DNA of 64,000 bases from Spirochaetia bacterium (GTDB lineage Bacteria > Spirochaetota > Spirochaetia > UBA9216), in NCBI GenBank assembly GCA_965140585.1, contig OZ223272.1, positions 96,001 to 160,000 on the forward strand, written 5' to 3'. The position numbers and the translations under genes are program-made. How positions within the stretch are numbered: the stretch's first letter is position 1; each line of letters starts with the position of its first letter. The notes below the pieces were generated by a model. The model was given only the letters and a program-made list of their open reading frames with translations, ran no database searches and was not told the origin of the DNA. Below, one piece after another: positions 37,894 through 47,561 of the stretch.

Positions 37894-39204
37894 TTACTTT
37901 TTCGATCTTTTAGTTGATTTCTTAACAGCCTTTAATTCTGCTTCCATCTTTGCCTTCTCTTCCATTATTCGTTCCAGCAGTCTCTCAGCGGGTTCATCAT
38001 TTGGATCCTGCGGCACAAGCTCGCCCCGAAAAGCCTTGGCAAGAACAGACTGAGAAAGCTTATCAACTCTTGACTTTGCTTCATTGTAATGAGCTTCGAC
38101 CTTATCCGCCAGAGCAAAGAGTTTATCAACCTGTTTCACGATTTCTTTTTGTTCCTCGAGGGGAGGGAGATAAATTGACGTATCCATTACTATTGCTTGA
38201 TTAATTTTTGGCATACTTCCAGCAGTGCCAGTAGCATTACTTCGAAAATAATCAAGAGTTTGATAACTTTGTAGCGACAAGACAAGAAAAGAAGGTAATA
38301 CTAATTCTTTATTAGCTTTAACTTTCATCATAAGATCAGGATATATAAATTCATAACTGTTTCCGTTATAGATTGCTGAAATACCCACATAATTAATTGA
38401 ATTACTTCGCTGTATTAAAATATCATCTTTTTCTAACCATAAATAAGAATCATTTTGTATATCTTCATCAATATATTTAAAACAAGAACTATCAAATGTT
38501 CCTGATGTTGTCGCAGTAAGGCTAAGTGATTTAACTGGAGTTTCATACTTCACTGCAGTTGGGGAATATCCATTTCTAGGTTTGCCAATGATGATATCAA
38601 TAAGTGGTACTACTTTAGATTCTACCTCGGTATGCTCTTCCCGCCACTTCTCAGTTAGCCTTCCAGTTACTGCTGCTGTCAAGACTGATTGCCGGTAGCG
38701 TTTCATAATAACAGGAACCTTCTCCAACCGCTCTTTCACTGTCTCAATCCGTGGCATAATAGAATCAAGCTTGGCTACAATACGTTTTTGCTCGTTAAGG
38801 GGAGGGAATAAAATCGAAAAACCTACTAAATTTTCAATTGTTACCTGTGGTTGTGCAGTGCCTGTAACAATAGTGCTTTTATCACTATTGTATAATGAAT
38901 AATACAAAAACTTATTACAATTATAATACTCAGCAGGTAATTCTATAATAAGAGAATTAGATGTTATGTAACACTTTGGAGGTGAAATATTTATAACACC
39001 ACTATTTGCTCCACGACAAGATATTAATACTTGGGGTTTTTCATATAGGTATTCATTATAATACCCAATAATCGAGTTGGCGCCAAAAACTGGATATTTA
39101 CCAATATCATATAGTTGATTTTTAGACAAACCTTTCCCGTAAGCAATATTTGCTATCTTAGTAATTGCGACTTCAACCCATCCGCTCGGAAGGCCCTCAC
39201 TCAT
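37894..39204 (-). CDS. hsdS: Type I restriction-modification specificity subunit
   Basis: LPSGW; two AT-rich TRDs each followed by PPLNEQKRIV / PPLEEQKEIV; SVLAKAFRGELVPQDPNDEPA. Confidence 0.95.
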   Translation of the reverse strand: MSEGLPSGWVEVAITKIANIAYGKGLSKNQLYDIGKYPVFGANSIIGYYNEYLYEKPQVLISCRGANSGVINISPPKCYITSNSLIIELPAEYYNCNKFLYYSLYNSDKSTIVTGTAQPQVTIENLVGFSILFPPLNEQKRIVAKLDSIMPRIETVKERLEKVPVIMKRYRQSVLTAAVTGRLTEKWREEHTEVESKVVPLIDIIIGKPRNGYSPTAVKYETPVKSLSLTATTSGTFDSSCFKYIDEDIQNDSYLWLEKDDILIQRSNSINYVGISAIYNGNSYEFIYPDLMMKVKANKELVLPSFLVLSLQSYQTLDYFRSNATGTAGSMPKINQAIVMDTSIYLPPLEEQKEIVKQVDKLFALADKVEAHYNEAKSRVDKLSQSVLAKAFRGELVPQDPNDEPAERLLERIMEEKAKMEAELKAVKKSTKRSKK

Positions 39205-40646
39205 TCAGTTTCCTCCGCCTCAATCTCATCCAGTATCAGCTGTAGCTCATCAACACAGGCGCTAAGTTCGGTAATGGCATCCGCAACCAATAGCTGCGGG
39301 TCGGGCAGTGAATTGGGATCTTCAAGGTTTTCATCCTTCAGCCAGCTAATATCGAGGTTGAAGTTACGATCTTTAATCTGTGAATAAGCAAATTTTCTGA
39401 ACCGGCCTTCTTCGCCAAGATCTTTACGCCTGGACTGCCCGTTTGGATCTTCGCCATAACAGACTTCAAAGTCCTCAAACATGGCCGGAGTAAGAGGTCT
39501 GTCCTTCTTTGTTACTCCGGGAATATTGGTGCGGCAGTCATATATCCAGGTTTCTTCTGTCTTAAGTCCTTTCTGAAAGAAGAGAACGTTTGCCTTTACT
39601 CCCTGACTGTATGGGGTGAATGTGCCATTGGGAAGACGCAGTACCGTATGTACATTGCAGTCTTCCATCAGGTACTTGATAACATCTCCTGCCTGGTCTG
39701 CAAAAAGAACGTTATCCGGTAAAACCATAGCAGCCCGTCCGCCGGGTTTTAGAATAGTAACAACATGCTGAATAAAATTAAGCTGCTTGTTACTGGTGCT
39801 CACTGTAAAATCATCACGGACCGGGGCCTGGTTTGCTCCCTTTGTTCCAAAAGGAGGATTAGTCAGAATACAGTCATAGCGTTCGCCTCGATCCGGCTCA
39901 TAGATGCTGTCTCCAAGATAGATCTGCGGTTCCAGCCCATGCAGAAAAAGATTCATTAGAGCAAGTCTCCGCGGTCTGGGAACCAGTTCCTGACCATAGT
40001 AGGTTTCTTTTTTTATTCTAAGCACGTCCTTACGTTCGAGAGCACCTTTGGTTATTTCCATAAGCCACTCATAAGCAGCCATCAAAAATCCTGATGTCCC
40101 GCAGGCTGGGTCACATATCTTGTAATCTTTGGCAGTTCTTGGGTCAGGCTGCATAACCTTTATAATAGATTGAATAAGAGGCCGCGGGGTAAAATACTGC
40201 CCTGCCCCCTTCTTGCCTTCTGCCGCGGACCTCTCAAGCAGGCCCTCAAAGGCTGCACCCTTTACATCAACATCCATTGAAGACCAGTCTTCTTCATCTA
40301 TCATATTGATAACGCGTTTAAGGTTTACCGGATTGGTAAAACGGGGCATAGCCTGTGTAAAAATATCTCCAAGAAGGCCGGATTGTCTGCTTAAAGCCCT
40401 TAGAATCTGAGAAAAGGCATCAAGCAGCTCGGTACCAGATTTTTCAGTAAAGGGTGTCCAGGAACAATCAAGAACTATTTTCTCTTTGTTCTCTTCATAT
40501 TCAACTTTAGATAGGTCAATTCCCTTCTCATGTGACATCTTTAGAAACATAAGATAGGTAAGCTGTTCGATATAATCACCGTAATCAATACCGTCATGGC
40601 GTAGGGTACTGCAGAACCCCCAGAGTTTATTTACTACATCCGACAT
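39201..40646 (-). CDS. hsdM: Type I R-M N6-adenine methyltransferase
   Basis: GAGQYFTPR, DPACGTSGFL, TNPPFG, VLPDNVLF, LRLP.G.F. Confidence 0.95.
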   Translation of the reverse strand: MSDVVNKLWGFCSTLRHDGIDYGDYIEQLTYLMFLKMSHEKGIDLSKVEYEENKEKIVLDCSWTPFTEKSGTELLDAFSQILRALSRQSGLLGDIFTQAMPRFTNPVNLKRVINMIDEEDWSSMDVDVKGAAFEGLLERSAAEGKKGAGQYFTPRPLIQSIIKVMQPDPRTAKDYKICDPACGTSGFLMAAYEWLMEITKGALERKDVLRIKKETYYGQELVPRPRRLALMNLFLHGLEPQIYLGDSIYEPDRGERYDCILTNPPFGTKGANQAPVRDDFTVSTSNKQLNFIQHVVTILKPGGRAAMVLPDNVLFADQAGDVIKYLMEDCNVHTVLRLPNGTFTPYSQGVKANVLFFQKGLKTEETWIYDCRTNIPGVTKKDRPLTPAMFEDFEVCYGEDPNGQSRRKDLGEEGRFRKFAYSQIKDRNFNLDISWLKDENLEDPNSLPDPQLLVADAITELSACVDELQLILDEIEAEETE

Positions 40647-40659
40647 GTTAATTCCTTAT

Positions 40660-43329
40660 TTAAGCTGCAAGAGTTGTGTTTATTTCATTGATCAATGATT
40701 CAAAATCAGTCCCAAAAATCTGTTTTGCCTTGGATAATCCGCCGTGACGTTCAAAAACCGGCATTATTTCAAAATCTTCACTTGAAATAGCAAGGTTTTC
40801 TATCAAGTGCTCTTTGATATAGGCAAGCCATTCAAGCTGTTCGTCATTAAAAGCATGGGCATTAACAATTTTACCGACAGCCTTTTCTACCCTTTCCTTT
40901 GCAGAAAACAACAGATCTTCCTCATTGGAGGCATGTTTTATCATTGATATGATATCGGCAAGTGGTTTTTTATAAACCAACTCATGCCCTCGCTGCAGAT
41001 CTCTTTCTGAAAAATCACTCTTTTTGAGCTTATCACGCAGCTCATCAAGAGCATCAGTATTCCATCCGGATGGTCTGGAAAGAAGGATCTCAATTGCGTC
41101 TATATGTTCCGGATTATTCCGTACAAACTCATCAAAGAGCTTCAGATAATCTTCAGGTTTTTGGTAATCTCCACCAACGCGGAATAAAACTTCATGCTCA
41201 ACTGTGTCTTTGATATCATATCCCTTTAAAAAGATCTTCCCCGGACGAGGATAATCTTCCAGCAGCTTCTGAAAATCCTTGTTCCTGAGAAGGTTCATGG
41301 TTTCAGTAAAGTTATTTTTAAGATTTTCTTTTAACCCATCGGCAAAAGCCTTTATATCACCGTCCGGAATATATTTCGAAAAAGCTTCCCGTGCTTCTGC
41401 ACCCATGTTGTTCTCAATCCGGCGCAGCCTTTTTATAAGCCTGCTGGTATTATAATCTCTGTCACGGTTATCATAGATACGTTCAATGATTTCGCTTATC
41501 GGAACTGTTTCACTCTGGATGTTGACCTTGAAATCGGTTGTGTTTTTAAAATATTCAATCAAACTGCCGTCAAAGCAATCGAAGATAGTAAACTTTTCCT
41601 TATGGATTTCAGGACATTTGCGGGTTCCCCGCCCCAGCATCTGAACCCACATGATACGTGATTTGACGACACGCATAAATACAACCATTTCTATAGCCGG
41701 AATATCGACACCTGTTGTAAGCATATCAACTGTTACGACAATCTTAGGTTCGGGACGGTTTCGGAACTGACGAATCTTCTGTAATGGACGGTCAACAGTA
41801 GGGCTGCCAGTTATCTTCATTACAAAATCATCACCCTTCCCAAAGATTTCTTTGCATGTATTCACTACTTCATCGGCATGCGAAACGTGCGGCAGGTCAT
41901 TTACAGCAAAGATCAGCATTTTAGGAAAGCGATGGTATTTTTGTTCATGCTCATCTGTATAGACTTTGATAGCAGTGATTATTTTTCTGATACTGTCAGG
42001 CGAGGTGATTTTCTGCTCTATCTCACCGGCACTGAATTCCCGTTCATCCTCCAGCTCATCAAGCTGTTCGGCACCAGTTACCGTATCAATTTCACCAACC
42101 AGTTCACCCTCTTTCAGAAAAGCACCGTTGATATGGATATCTGATTTAATCTTGACCGCATCGTAATCAACTAAATGCCCCTGAAGAACAGCCTGCTCAG
42201 TGCTGTATGTAAACACCTTGTTCTTAAACAAAGCCAGAGTATGAGTTGCAGGAGTAGCTGTAAGCCCAATCTTAACCGCATCAAAATAATCCATGACATA
42301 CTTCCAGCGCCCCGTCTCTTTAGCAGAATAGCCTCGGTGGCATTCATCGGCAATGATTATATCGAAAGTATTAATAGGTATATCCAGCTTGTTTGCTTCT
42401 ACATCATACTCAAAATCGCTTACGGCTTCTTTACCCAAAAGGTTTATAGACATCCTCTGAATTGTAGAGACGTAGATGAATGCATGCTTTTCCTGGGGAT
42501 TTGTTAGATAGGCTTCCGGTAAGACCTGCGGATCAAACTTTGTATCTTCATCAAGATCTTCACGTTTAAATTTCTGACTGTAAACCTCATAATCCTGATT
42601 TAATTTTAAGCCTTCCGGTGTTTCAAAGGCACAGATAGCCGAAACTGCCTGTGCCGCAAGGGCCCGCCTATCAACAAGAAAGAGAATACGCTTTGCATAA
42701 CCTGATTTAAGTAAACGGTAAATTGATGAGACCAGAGTGAATGTCTTACCTGTACCGGTAGCCATTGCGATTAGCATAGTTTTTTTGCCGTTGCAGATTG
42801 CATTTTCAATAGCCTCAACTGCCTCAATCTGGTAAGGACGCAGCCTGGATATTTCTGAAACCGGCCGTTCATCAAACCATTTTTCAGACTGTTCAATATC
42901 ACGGTTGTATTTATCAAGCAGCGCCTGCGGAGAATGAAAATCTGCTATCTGATAAGAGTTATTTTCTCTCTTTCTTACATCAAGATGAAAAATAAGCTCT
43001 CCGTTTGTTGAATATAAAAAAGGAACCTTATATTCCCTCCACTGACCGACTGTCTCAGGGACACCCTTAGAATAGCGCTTTGCCTGTTCAAGAACATTTT
43101 CAGCCCCGACAGATAATTTCTTCGCTTCTATAATTCCAAGCAGCTTTCCCTGCACAAAAAGCGCATAATCAGCAGGGCCAGTCTCAGTTGGATATTCTTC
43201 AACAGCATGGGCAGATAAAGCGGATATGTCCATTCCATTGAAGAATGGCACAATTTCCCAGTTAAGCAGTGGCGAAGTTAGTTTCGTATCTATTCTTTTC
43301 TTTCGGGTTTTAGCTTCTGATTCATTCAT
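40660..43329 (-). CDS. hsdR: Type I R-M restriction subunit
   Basis: ADY...IEAK nuclease motif, LRPYQ, MATGTGKT, DECHRG, GLTATP, MLTTGVD, QMLGRGTR. Confidence 0.95.
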   Translation of the reverse strand: MNESEAKTRKKRIDTKLTSPLLNWEIVPFFNGMDISALSAHAVEEYPTETGPADYALFVQGKLLGIIEAKKLSVGAENVLEQAKRYSKGVPETVGQWREYKVPFLYSTNGELIFHLDVRKRENNSYQIADFHSPQALLDKYNRDIEQSEKWFDERPVSEISRLRPYQIEAVEAIENAICNGKKTMLIAMATGTGKTFTLVSSIYRLLKSGYAKRILFLVDRRALAAQAVSAICAFETPEGLKLNQDYEVYSQKFKREDLDEDTKFDPQVLPEAYLTNPQEKHAFIYVSTIQRMSINLLGKEAVSDFEYDVEANKLDIPINTFDIIIADECHRGYSAKETGRWKYVMDYFDAVKIGLTATPATHTLALFKNKVFTYSTEQAVLQGHLVDYDAVKIKSDIHINGAFLKEGELVGEIDTVTGAEQLDELEDEREFSAGEIEQKITSPDSIRKIITAIKVYTDEHEQKYHRFPKMLIFAVNDLPHVSHADEVVNTCKEIFGKGDDFVMKITGSPTVDRPLQKIRQFRNRPEPKIVVTVDMLTTGVDIPAIEMVVFMRVVKSRIMWVQMLGRGTRKCPEIHKEKFTIFDCFDGSLIEYFKNTTDFKVNIQSETVPISEIIERIYDNRDRDYNTSRLIKRLRRIENNMGAEAREAFSKYIPDGDIKAFADGLKENLKNNFTETMNLLRNKDFQKLLEDYPRPGKIFLKGYDIKDTVEHEVLFRVGGDYQKPEDYLKLFDEFVRNNPEHIDAIEILLSRPSGWNTDALDELRDKLKKSDFSERDLQRGHELVYKKPLADIISMIKHASNEEDLLFSAKERVEKAVGKIVNAHAFNDEQLEWLAYIKEHLIENLAISSEDFEIMPVFERHGGLSKAKQIFGTDFESLINEINTTLAA

Positions 43330-43406
43330 TTATAGACTTTTCCTATCTGGTTGAAATACAAACCAAAAAGAATTATACCAAATATTCATCAGATATTGAA
43401 ATCAAA

Positions 43407-43454
43407 AATCCTCTAAAATCGCTCCCCGCCCTTACCTGATATAATTCGTGGCCA
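43407..43454 (+). repeat. 48-bp direct repeat, copy 1
   Basis: AATCCTCTAAAATCGCTCCCCGCCCTTACCTGATATAATTCGTGGCCA. Confidence 0.9.
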
Positions 43455-43476
43455 CCCCTCTCCCCCTATAAGAGGC

Positions 43477-43839
43477 CTAAACAACAAGACGCTTCCATTC
43501 AAGGCTTGAGACCTGAAAGTTTACAAGTAAACCAAGTTTGCAGCCTGAAATATGCAGATAATTGATAAGCTGGGCAGTGTGTTCAGGGGCCAACGTCTTT
43601 ACAGACTTGAGTTCTATAATTACTTTGTTTTCTACAACAAGATCAGCAAAATACTCACCTACCGTTTCCCCCCTGTATTTAACTGTAAACGGAACATTGT
43701 ACCCCGTACTTAAACCAGCAGCCTTTAGCTCATAATAAAGCGCATTATGATAGCACTGCTCAAGCAGCCCGGGGCCAAGCCCACTGTGAACTGCCATACA
43801 GCAGCCGATAATTTGAAAAGAAAGCTCTTTGTGAACCAT
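43477..43839 (-). CDS. GxxExxY protein (PD-(D/E)XK nuclease superfamily)
   Basis: VHSGLGPGLLEQCY, ADLVVENKVIIELK, QLINYL...GLLVNF; AAGGAGG RBS before MVHKELS. Confidence 0.92.
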   Translation of the reverse strand: MVHKELSFQIIGCCMAVHSGLGPGLLEQCYHNALYYELKAAGLSTGYNVPFTVKYRGETVGEYFADLVVENKVIIELKSVKTLAPEHTAQLINYLHISGCKLGLLVNFQVSSLEWKRLVV

Positions 43840-43847
43840 ACCGGTCC

Positions 43848-43970
43848 TCCTTCGTTTTCTTTCCGTAAATACGAAGTTCACTTTTTCGGAGGTCAAGGAT
43901 TTGCCGAAGGCAAACTTGCTGCAGTCCTTGACCGGAGAAAAATGAACAGTAAAATTAAAAGAACGAAGGA
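43848..43970. repeat. ~123-bp imperfect nested palindrome (REP/MITE-like) overlapping the GxxExxY RBS
   Basis: TCCTTCGTT/AACGAAGGA, GTTCA/TGAAC and GGTCAAGGA/TCCTTGACC arms; inner TTTGCCGAAGGCAAA hairpin. Confidence 0.75.
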
Positions 43971-44010
43971 ACCATATTGAATAGCCTGGCCCTCCCTTCT
44001 CCCGCTCCTC

Positions 44011-44058
44011 AATCCTCTAAAATCGCTCCCCGCCCTTACCCGATAAAATTCGTGGCCA
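44011..44058 (+). repeat. 48-bp direct repeat, copy 2
   Basis: 46/48 identical to 43407-43454. Confidence 0.9.
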
Positions 44059-44147
44059 AGGATTCTACAAATTAATCACCAAATACTACCCGCTATAGCC
44101 AGATACCTGCTTGCATCAACAATATTGTCTGACTAAAATCAGATAAT

Positions 44148-44996
44148 ATGAATAATATTGAGATTATGCGGGAATTCAACCGCACCGTAACCCGAAGCAT
44201 TGGTATATTCAACGGACAGTATCTCGGCCGGCCAAGGCCTCTGGCTGCCTCGCGATTAATCTATGAAATAGGCACACAAGGGGCGGAGATACGCTCACTG
44301 AGGGACAGGCTCGGCGTTGATTCAGGCTACATGTCACGCCTGCTTCGTATGCTTGAAAAGGAATCACTGATTAATATTGAACCGTCTCCAAAGGATCGAA
44401 GAATTCGGCAGGTCCAGCTGACCGGAGCGGGAATTCTTGAACTGAAGGAACTGAACAGACTTTCAGATCTTGAGATGACAACATTACTGAAAAAACTGCC
44501 TGAAAAAAAACAGCAGCTTCTTACCGAAGCAATGAAAACAGTCGAACAGCTGCTTGAAACAGCTGCTGTTCAATTGATAAGAGTCGAAGAATCTGATACC
44601 CGGGCCCAGAAAGCTCTTGAATCGTACTATTCTGAACTTTCAGACAGATTCGGGAGGCACTTCGATCCGGGACAAATGGAGAACGGTATATTTTTTATTG
44701 TGGAGCTTCATGGAGAAACAGTCGGATGCGGAGCTGTGGTGATGTATCCTGATTTTGCCGAGGTGAAAAGAATGTGGGTAGCTCCGTCATGCAGAGGCCG
44801 GGGAATCGCTTCAAAAATACTTACACAGCTTGAAGAAGAAGCCCTCCGGGCCGGACAAAAAACCGTCCGGCTGGATACCAACGATAATCTGAACGAAGCA
44901 AAGGCTATGTATCGCAGATACGGTTATCATGAAATTAAAAGGTATAATGACAATCCATTCGCTCAGCATTTCTATGAAAAGGTTATTGCGCCCTGA
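44148..44996 (+). CDS. MarR-type wHTH + GNAT acetyltransferase fusion
   Basis: LGVDSGYMSRLL...DRRIR..LT; AEVKRMWV..RGRGIA, RLDT, A.AMYRRYGY. Confidence 0.9.
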   Translation: MNNIEIMREFNRTVTRSIGIFNGQYLGRPRPLAASRLIYEIGTQGAEIRSLRDRLGVDSGYMSRLLRMLEKESLINIEPSPKDRRIRQVQLTGAGILELKELNRLSDLEMTTLLKKLPEKKQQLLTEAMKTVEQLLETAAVQLIRVEESDTRAQKALESYYSELSDRFGRHFDPGQMENGIFFIVELHGETVGCGAVVMYPDFAEVKRMWVAPSCRGRGIASKILTQLEEEALRAGQKTVRLDTNDNLNEAKAMYRRYGYHEIKRYNDNPFAQHFYEKVIAP

Positions 44997-44997
44997 A

Positions 44998-45540
44998 CTA
45001 TGCTAAAACTCTCTCCCGGTAGATAATATCCAGAGCTATTTCAATGGCCTTGGTTATCGCGACCCCGCAGGATGGATGTTTGATATTGTACTCATTTCCG
45101 TTTTCATTATCCATGCTAGGTACAAAATTCAGCTCCTCGGGCATATCCCAGCTGAAAGATTCAAGCTCAGACTCCAGTATGTCCTCACAGAGCGTAGTGC
45201 TCAGTAAATCCTTAAATCTTGCGACAAATTCCTCAGTAAGCTCCCCGAGCTTTTGATCACGGGCGGTTTCATCAGCATTCTTTTTCAAAGATTCCGCTCC
45301 GAATTCCAGCCCCAACGCTACTCCGGCGGCAGTAACAGCACCGCAAAGCTGCCCATGCCTCATCCCTCCGCCCATAGCGGCCATTATTTTAAGAGCCATA
45401 GACTCATCAAGACCGATATAAGGCGCTATCCCGCACAGACAGGCCTGTGAACAGTGATTATTAAGGCTCTTTGTCTGGAGCCCCAGGCTGCATGCCTTAT
45501 AAATTAATTCAGCTTTTTTACTCTCGACTAAATTTTCCAT
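44998..45540 (-). CDS. C-GCAxxG-C-C family putative redox-active protein
   Basis: HCSQA, GGGM...CGAVTA, LCEDI, C near the C-terminus. Confidence 0.8.
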   Translation of the reverse strand: MENLVESKKAELIYKACSLGLQTKSLNNHCSQACLCGIAPYIGLDESMALKIMAAMGGGMRHGQLCGAVTAAGVALGLEFGAESLKKNADETARDQKLGELTEEFVARFKDLLSTTLCEDILESELESFSWDMPEELNFVPSMDNENGNEYNIKHPSCGVAITKAIEIALDIIYRERVLA

Positions 45541-45545
45541 CTTAA

Positions 45546-45595
45546 AATCCTCTTAAATCTCTCCCAGCCCTTTCCAAATATACAATTCGTGGCTA
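45546..45595 (+). repeat. Diverged third copy of the 48-bp repeat
   Basis: AATCCTCTTAAATCTCTCCCAGCCCTTTCCAAATATACAATTCGTGGCTA; its AGAGGA end (minus strand) sits at the RBS position of the 45540 start. Confidence 0.75.
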
Positions 45596-45600
45596 AACCA

Positions 45601-46011
45601 CTATTTCCCCATATTCTCAAGAAAAGCGTACAAATCAGGGGCACGTTTTTTAAGGTTGATCACATTAAGATTCGTATCTGTCCAGCCGTGCATGGTCTTA
45701 CCGGTGGCAAGCAGTTCACCGTCATCCTTGCGTCTAACCTCATAGGCCATGGCAAATCTTGCTATCGTAAGTTTTTCAACAATACACTTAACGATGATTC
45801 TTTCACTGTATTTTGCGCCAGCCATGTAATCGCATTCAAGATGCGAAAGTGGAGTCATAATTCCCTCAGATTCTATTCTCGTATACGGGTATCCGGCTTT
45901 CTCAAGCATATCAGTTCGGGCAGCTTCAAACCATATGGGATATACAGAATGGTGAACGACACCCATCTGATCAGTCTCAGCATATCTAACAATTATTTCA
46001 GTTTCTGTCAT
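45601..46011 (-). CDS. Acyl-CoA thioesterase (YbgC/4HBT hot-dog family)
   Basis: VRYAETDQMGVVHHSVYPIWFEAAR. Confidence 0.9.
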   Translation of the reverse strand: MTETEIIVRYAETDQMGVVHHSVYPIWFEAARTDMLEKAGYPYTRIESEGIMTPLSHLECDYMAGAKYSERIIVKCIVEKLTIARFAMAYEVRRKDDGELLATGKTMHGWTDTNLNVINLKKRAPDLYAFLENMGK

Positions 46012-46042
46012 GCGCTGAGATTATCACGATTTTATTTGCCAG

Positions 46043-46489
46043 TCAAACTTTCAAATCCATATTATGGCTTTCTTTATAATGCGATGATTTTATAAATCCC
46101 ATGTTCTCATACAAACATGATGCAGGTTCGCTGTCTGTATATAAACGAATCCGGTAAAAATTTTCTGAAGCATGTTCTATAATCCGGGTCAGCAGCAGCT
46201 TTCCAAAGCCCTGACGCCGGTATGCCTCACATACAAACAAATGCCTGACCCTCCCAAGATGCAAATCATCAGCATAGGGATCAATATTTAAGCCGCATAT
46301 TCCTACACAATTATCTCCTGCAAAAAGACCGAGAAGTAATTCACCTTTTCGGTTAAATCTGTTTTTTCCAGAAAACCATTCATCAATAGCTGATACAACA
46401 AATGGGAAATCTGCCGCAGTCCTGTCTTTCAACAGGCTTGATAAACAGGTATAATTCGCTTCCGTAATCTGCTTAATTTTGCAATCCAC
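46043..46489 (-). CDS. GNAT N-acetyltransferase
   Basis: GICGLNIDPY, GRVRHLFV...RRQGFG, LYENMGF; GTG start. Confidence 0.85.
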   Translation of the reverse strand: MDCKIKQITEANYTCLSSLLKDRTAADFPFVVSAIDEWFSGKNRFNRKGELLLGLFAGDNCVGICGLNIDPYADDLHLGRVRHLFVCEAYRRQGFGKLLLTRIIEHASENFYRIRLYTDSEPASCLYENMGFIKSSHYKESHNMDLKV

Positions 46490-46604
46490 GGTTATATAAT
46501 ATACCCTTAAAGAATATGGGTTAAGCCCGGACTGAGGGGCTTGAACTATTTATTATTTATTTTGTAATAATTACTAATCAACATTTTCTAACATGGAGAT
46601 TCGA

Positions 46605-47561
46605 ATGTATAAAAAATTTCTTTTGGTACTTCTGATGCTTATGCTCACAGTATTTGCTTTTTCAGCAGGAAATTCAGAAAAAAGTACAGATATCAATAAA
46701 GTTGAACAGATAACTCACATTCGTCTTGGAGTTCTTCCGGACGTTGATTCAATACCATTTGTTATAGCCGATCTTAACGGCTACTATGCAGAAGAAGGAA
46801 TTGAAGTTGAAATAATGCAGTTCAAAAACCCCAACGACAGGGATGCAGCCTTTCAGGCAGGAGAAATAGATCTGGTGATTTCGGATCTGCTTGCCGCTGC
46901 ATTTTCTGTGAACGGAGGCTTTGACGTCCGGGCCGTTGCGGCTACAAACGGTTCATATAAACTGCTCACATCAGCAGAATCGGGAATTACATCCATAAGC
47001 GATCTTACCGGTAAAAGCATAGGTATCTCAAAGAATACAATAATCGAATATGCAACCGATAAAATGCTCAAAGCGGGCGGATTATCCGATTCAGTTATTG
47101 TTAAGGAAATTATCCCCCAGATTCCCGTCAGACTTGAACTTCTTTCAAACAGCAAGATTGACGGAGCAACCCTCGCAGAACCGCTTGCGACTGTATCGGT
47201 AACTTCCGGAGCAAATGTGCTCACATCTACCGATAAACTCGGTATCAATCCGGGAATTCTGCTTGCGGGAACCGACTACGCAGCCGAAAACAGCGAGGCA
47301 TTAACTGCTCTTTTTACAGCCTACAACAAGGCGGTTGATTATCTCATCGAAACAGATAAAAATGAGTACATCGACAGCATTATAATCGAGATGGGATTTC
47401 CTCCGGCAGCAAAGGAAGTCATGGAACTTCCGGCATACACAAAGGCAGCAGCCCCTCCGGAGAAGGAAGTAAAAGAGGTAATCGAATGGCTGAGCTCAAG
47501 ACAGCTTATCAAAAAAGAATACTCATACGGGGAGCTGGTAGATACATCCTACCTGCCCTGA
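46605..47561 (+). CDS. NitT/TauT (SsuA/THI5-like) ABC substrate-binding protein
   Basis: Signal peptide; GVLPDVDSIPF, RDAAFQAG.ID, ISKNTIIEY, IPVRLELL, LAEP. Confidence 0.85.
   Translation: MYKKFLLVLLMLMLTVFAFSAGNSEKSTDINKVEQITHIRLGVLPDVDSIPFVIADLNGYYAEEGIEVEIMQFKNPNDRDAAFQAGEIDLVISDLLAAAFSVNGGFDVRAVAATNGSYKLLTSAESGITSISDLTGKSIGISKNTIIEYATDKMLKAGGLSDSVIVKEIIPQIPVRLELLSNSKIDGATLAEPLATVSVTSGANVLTSTDKLGINPGILLAGTDYAAENSEALTALFTAYNKAVDYLIETDKNEYIDSIIIEMGFPPAAKEVMELPAYTKAAAPPEKEVKEVIEWLSSRQLIKKEYSYGELVDTSYLP

Noticed and set aside
34217-43406. att sites or target duplication around the R-M island
   Set aside because: I found no copy of the 48-bp repeat or other convincing direct repeat at the left boundary by eye.
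43407-45595. Three ~48-bp repeats as a CRISPR array or integron attC sites
   Set aside because: Intervals are 556 and ~1490 bp and contain whole genes; the repeats are not palindromic and lack RYYYAAC/GTTRRRY ends; no cas or intI gene in the window.
46523-46541. Small hairpin AAGCCC-N8-GGGCTT as a riboswitch for the ABC transporter
   Set aside because: Too short, lies in the divergent promoter region, and shows no recognisable riboswitch consensus.
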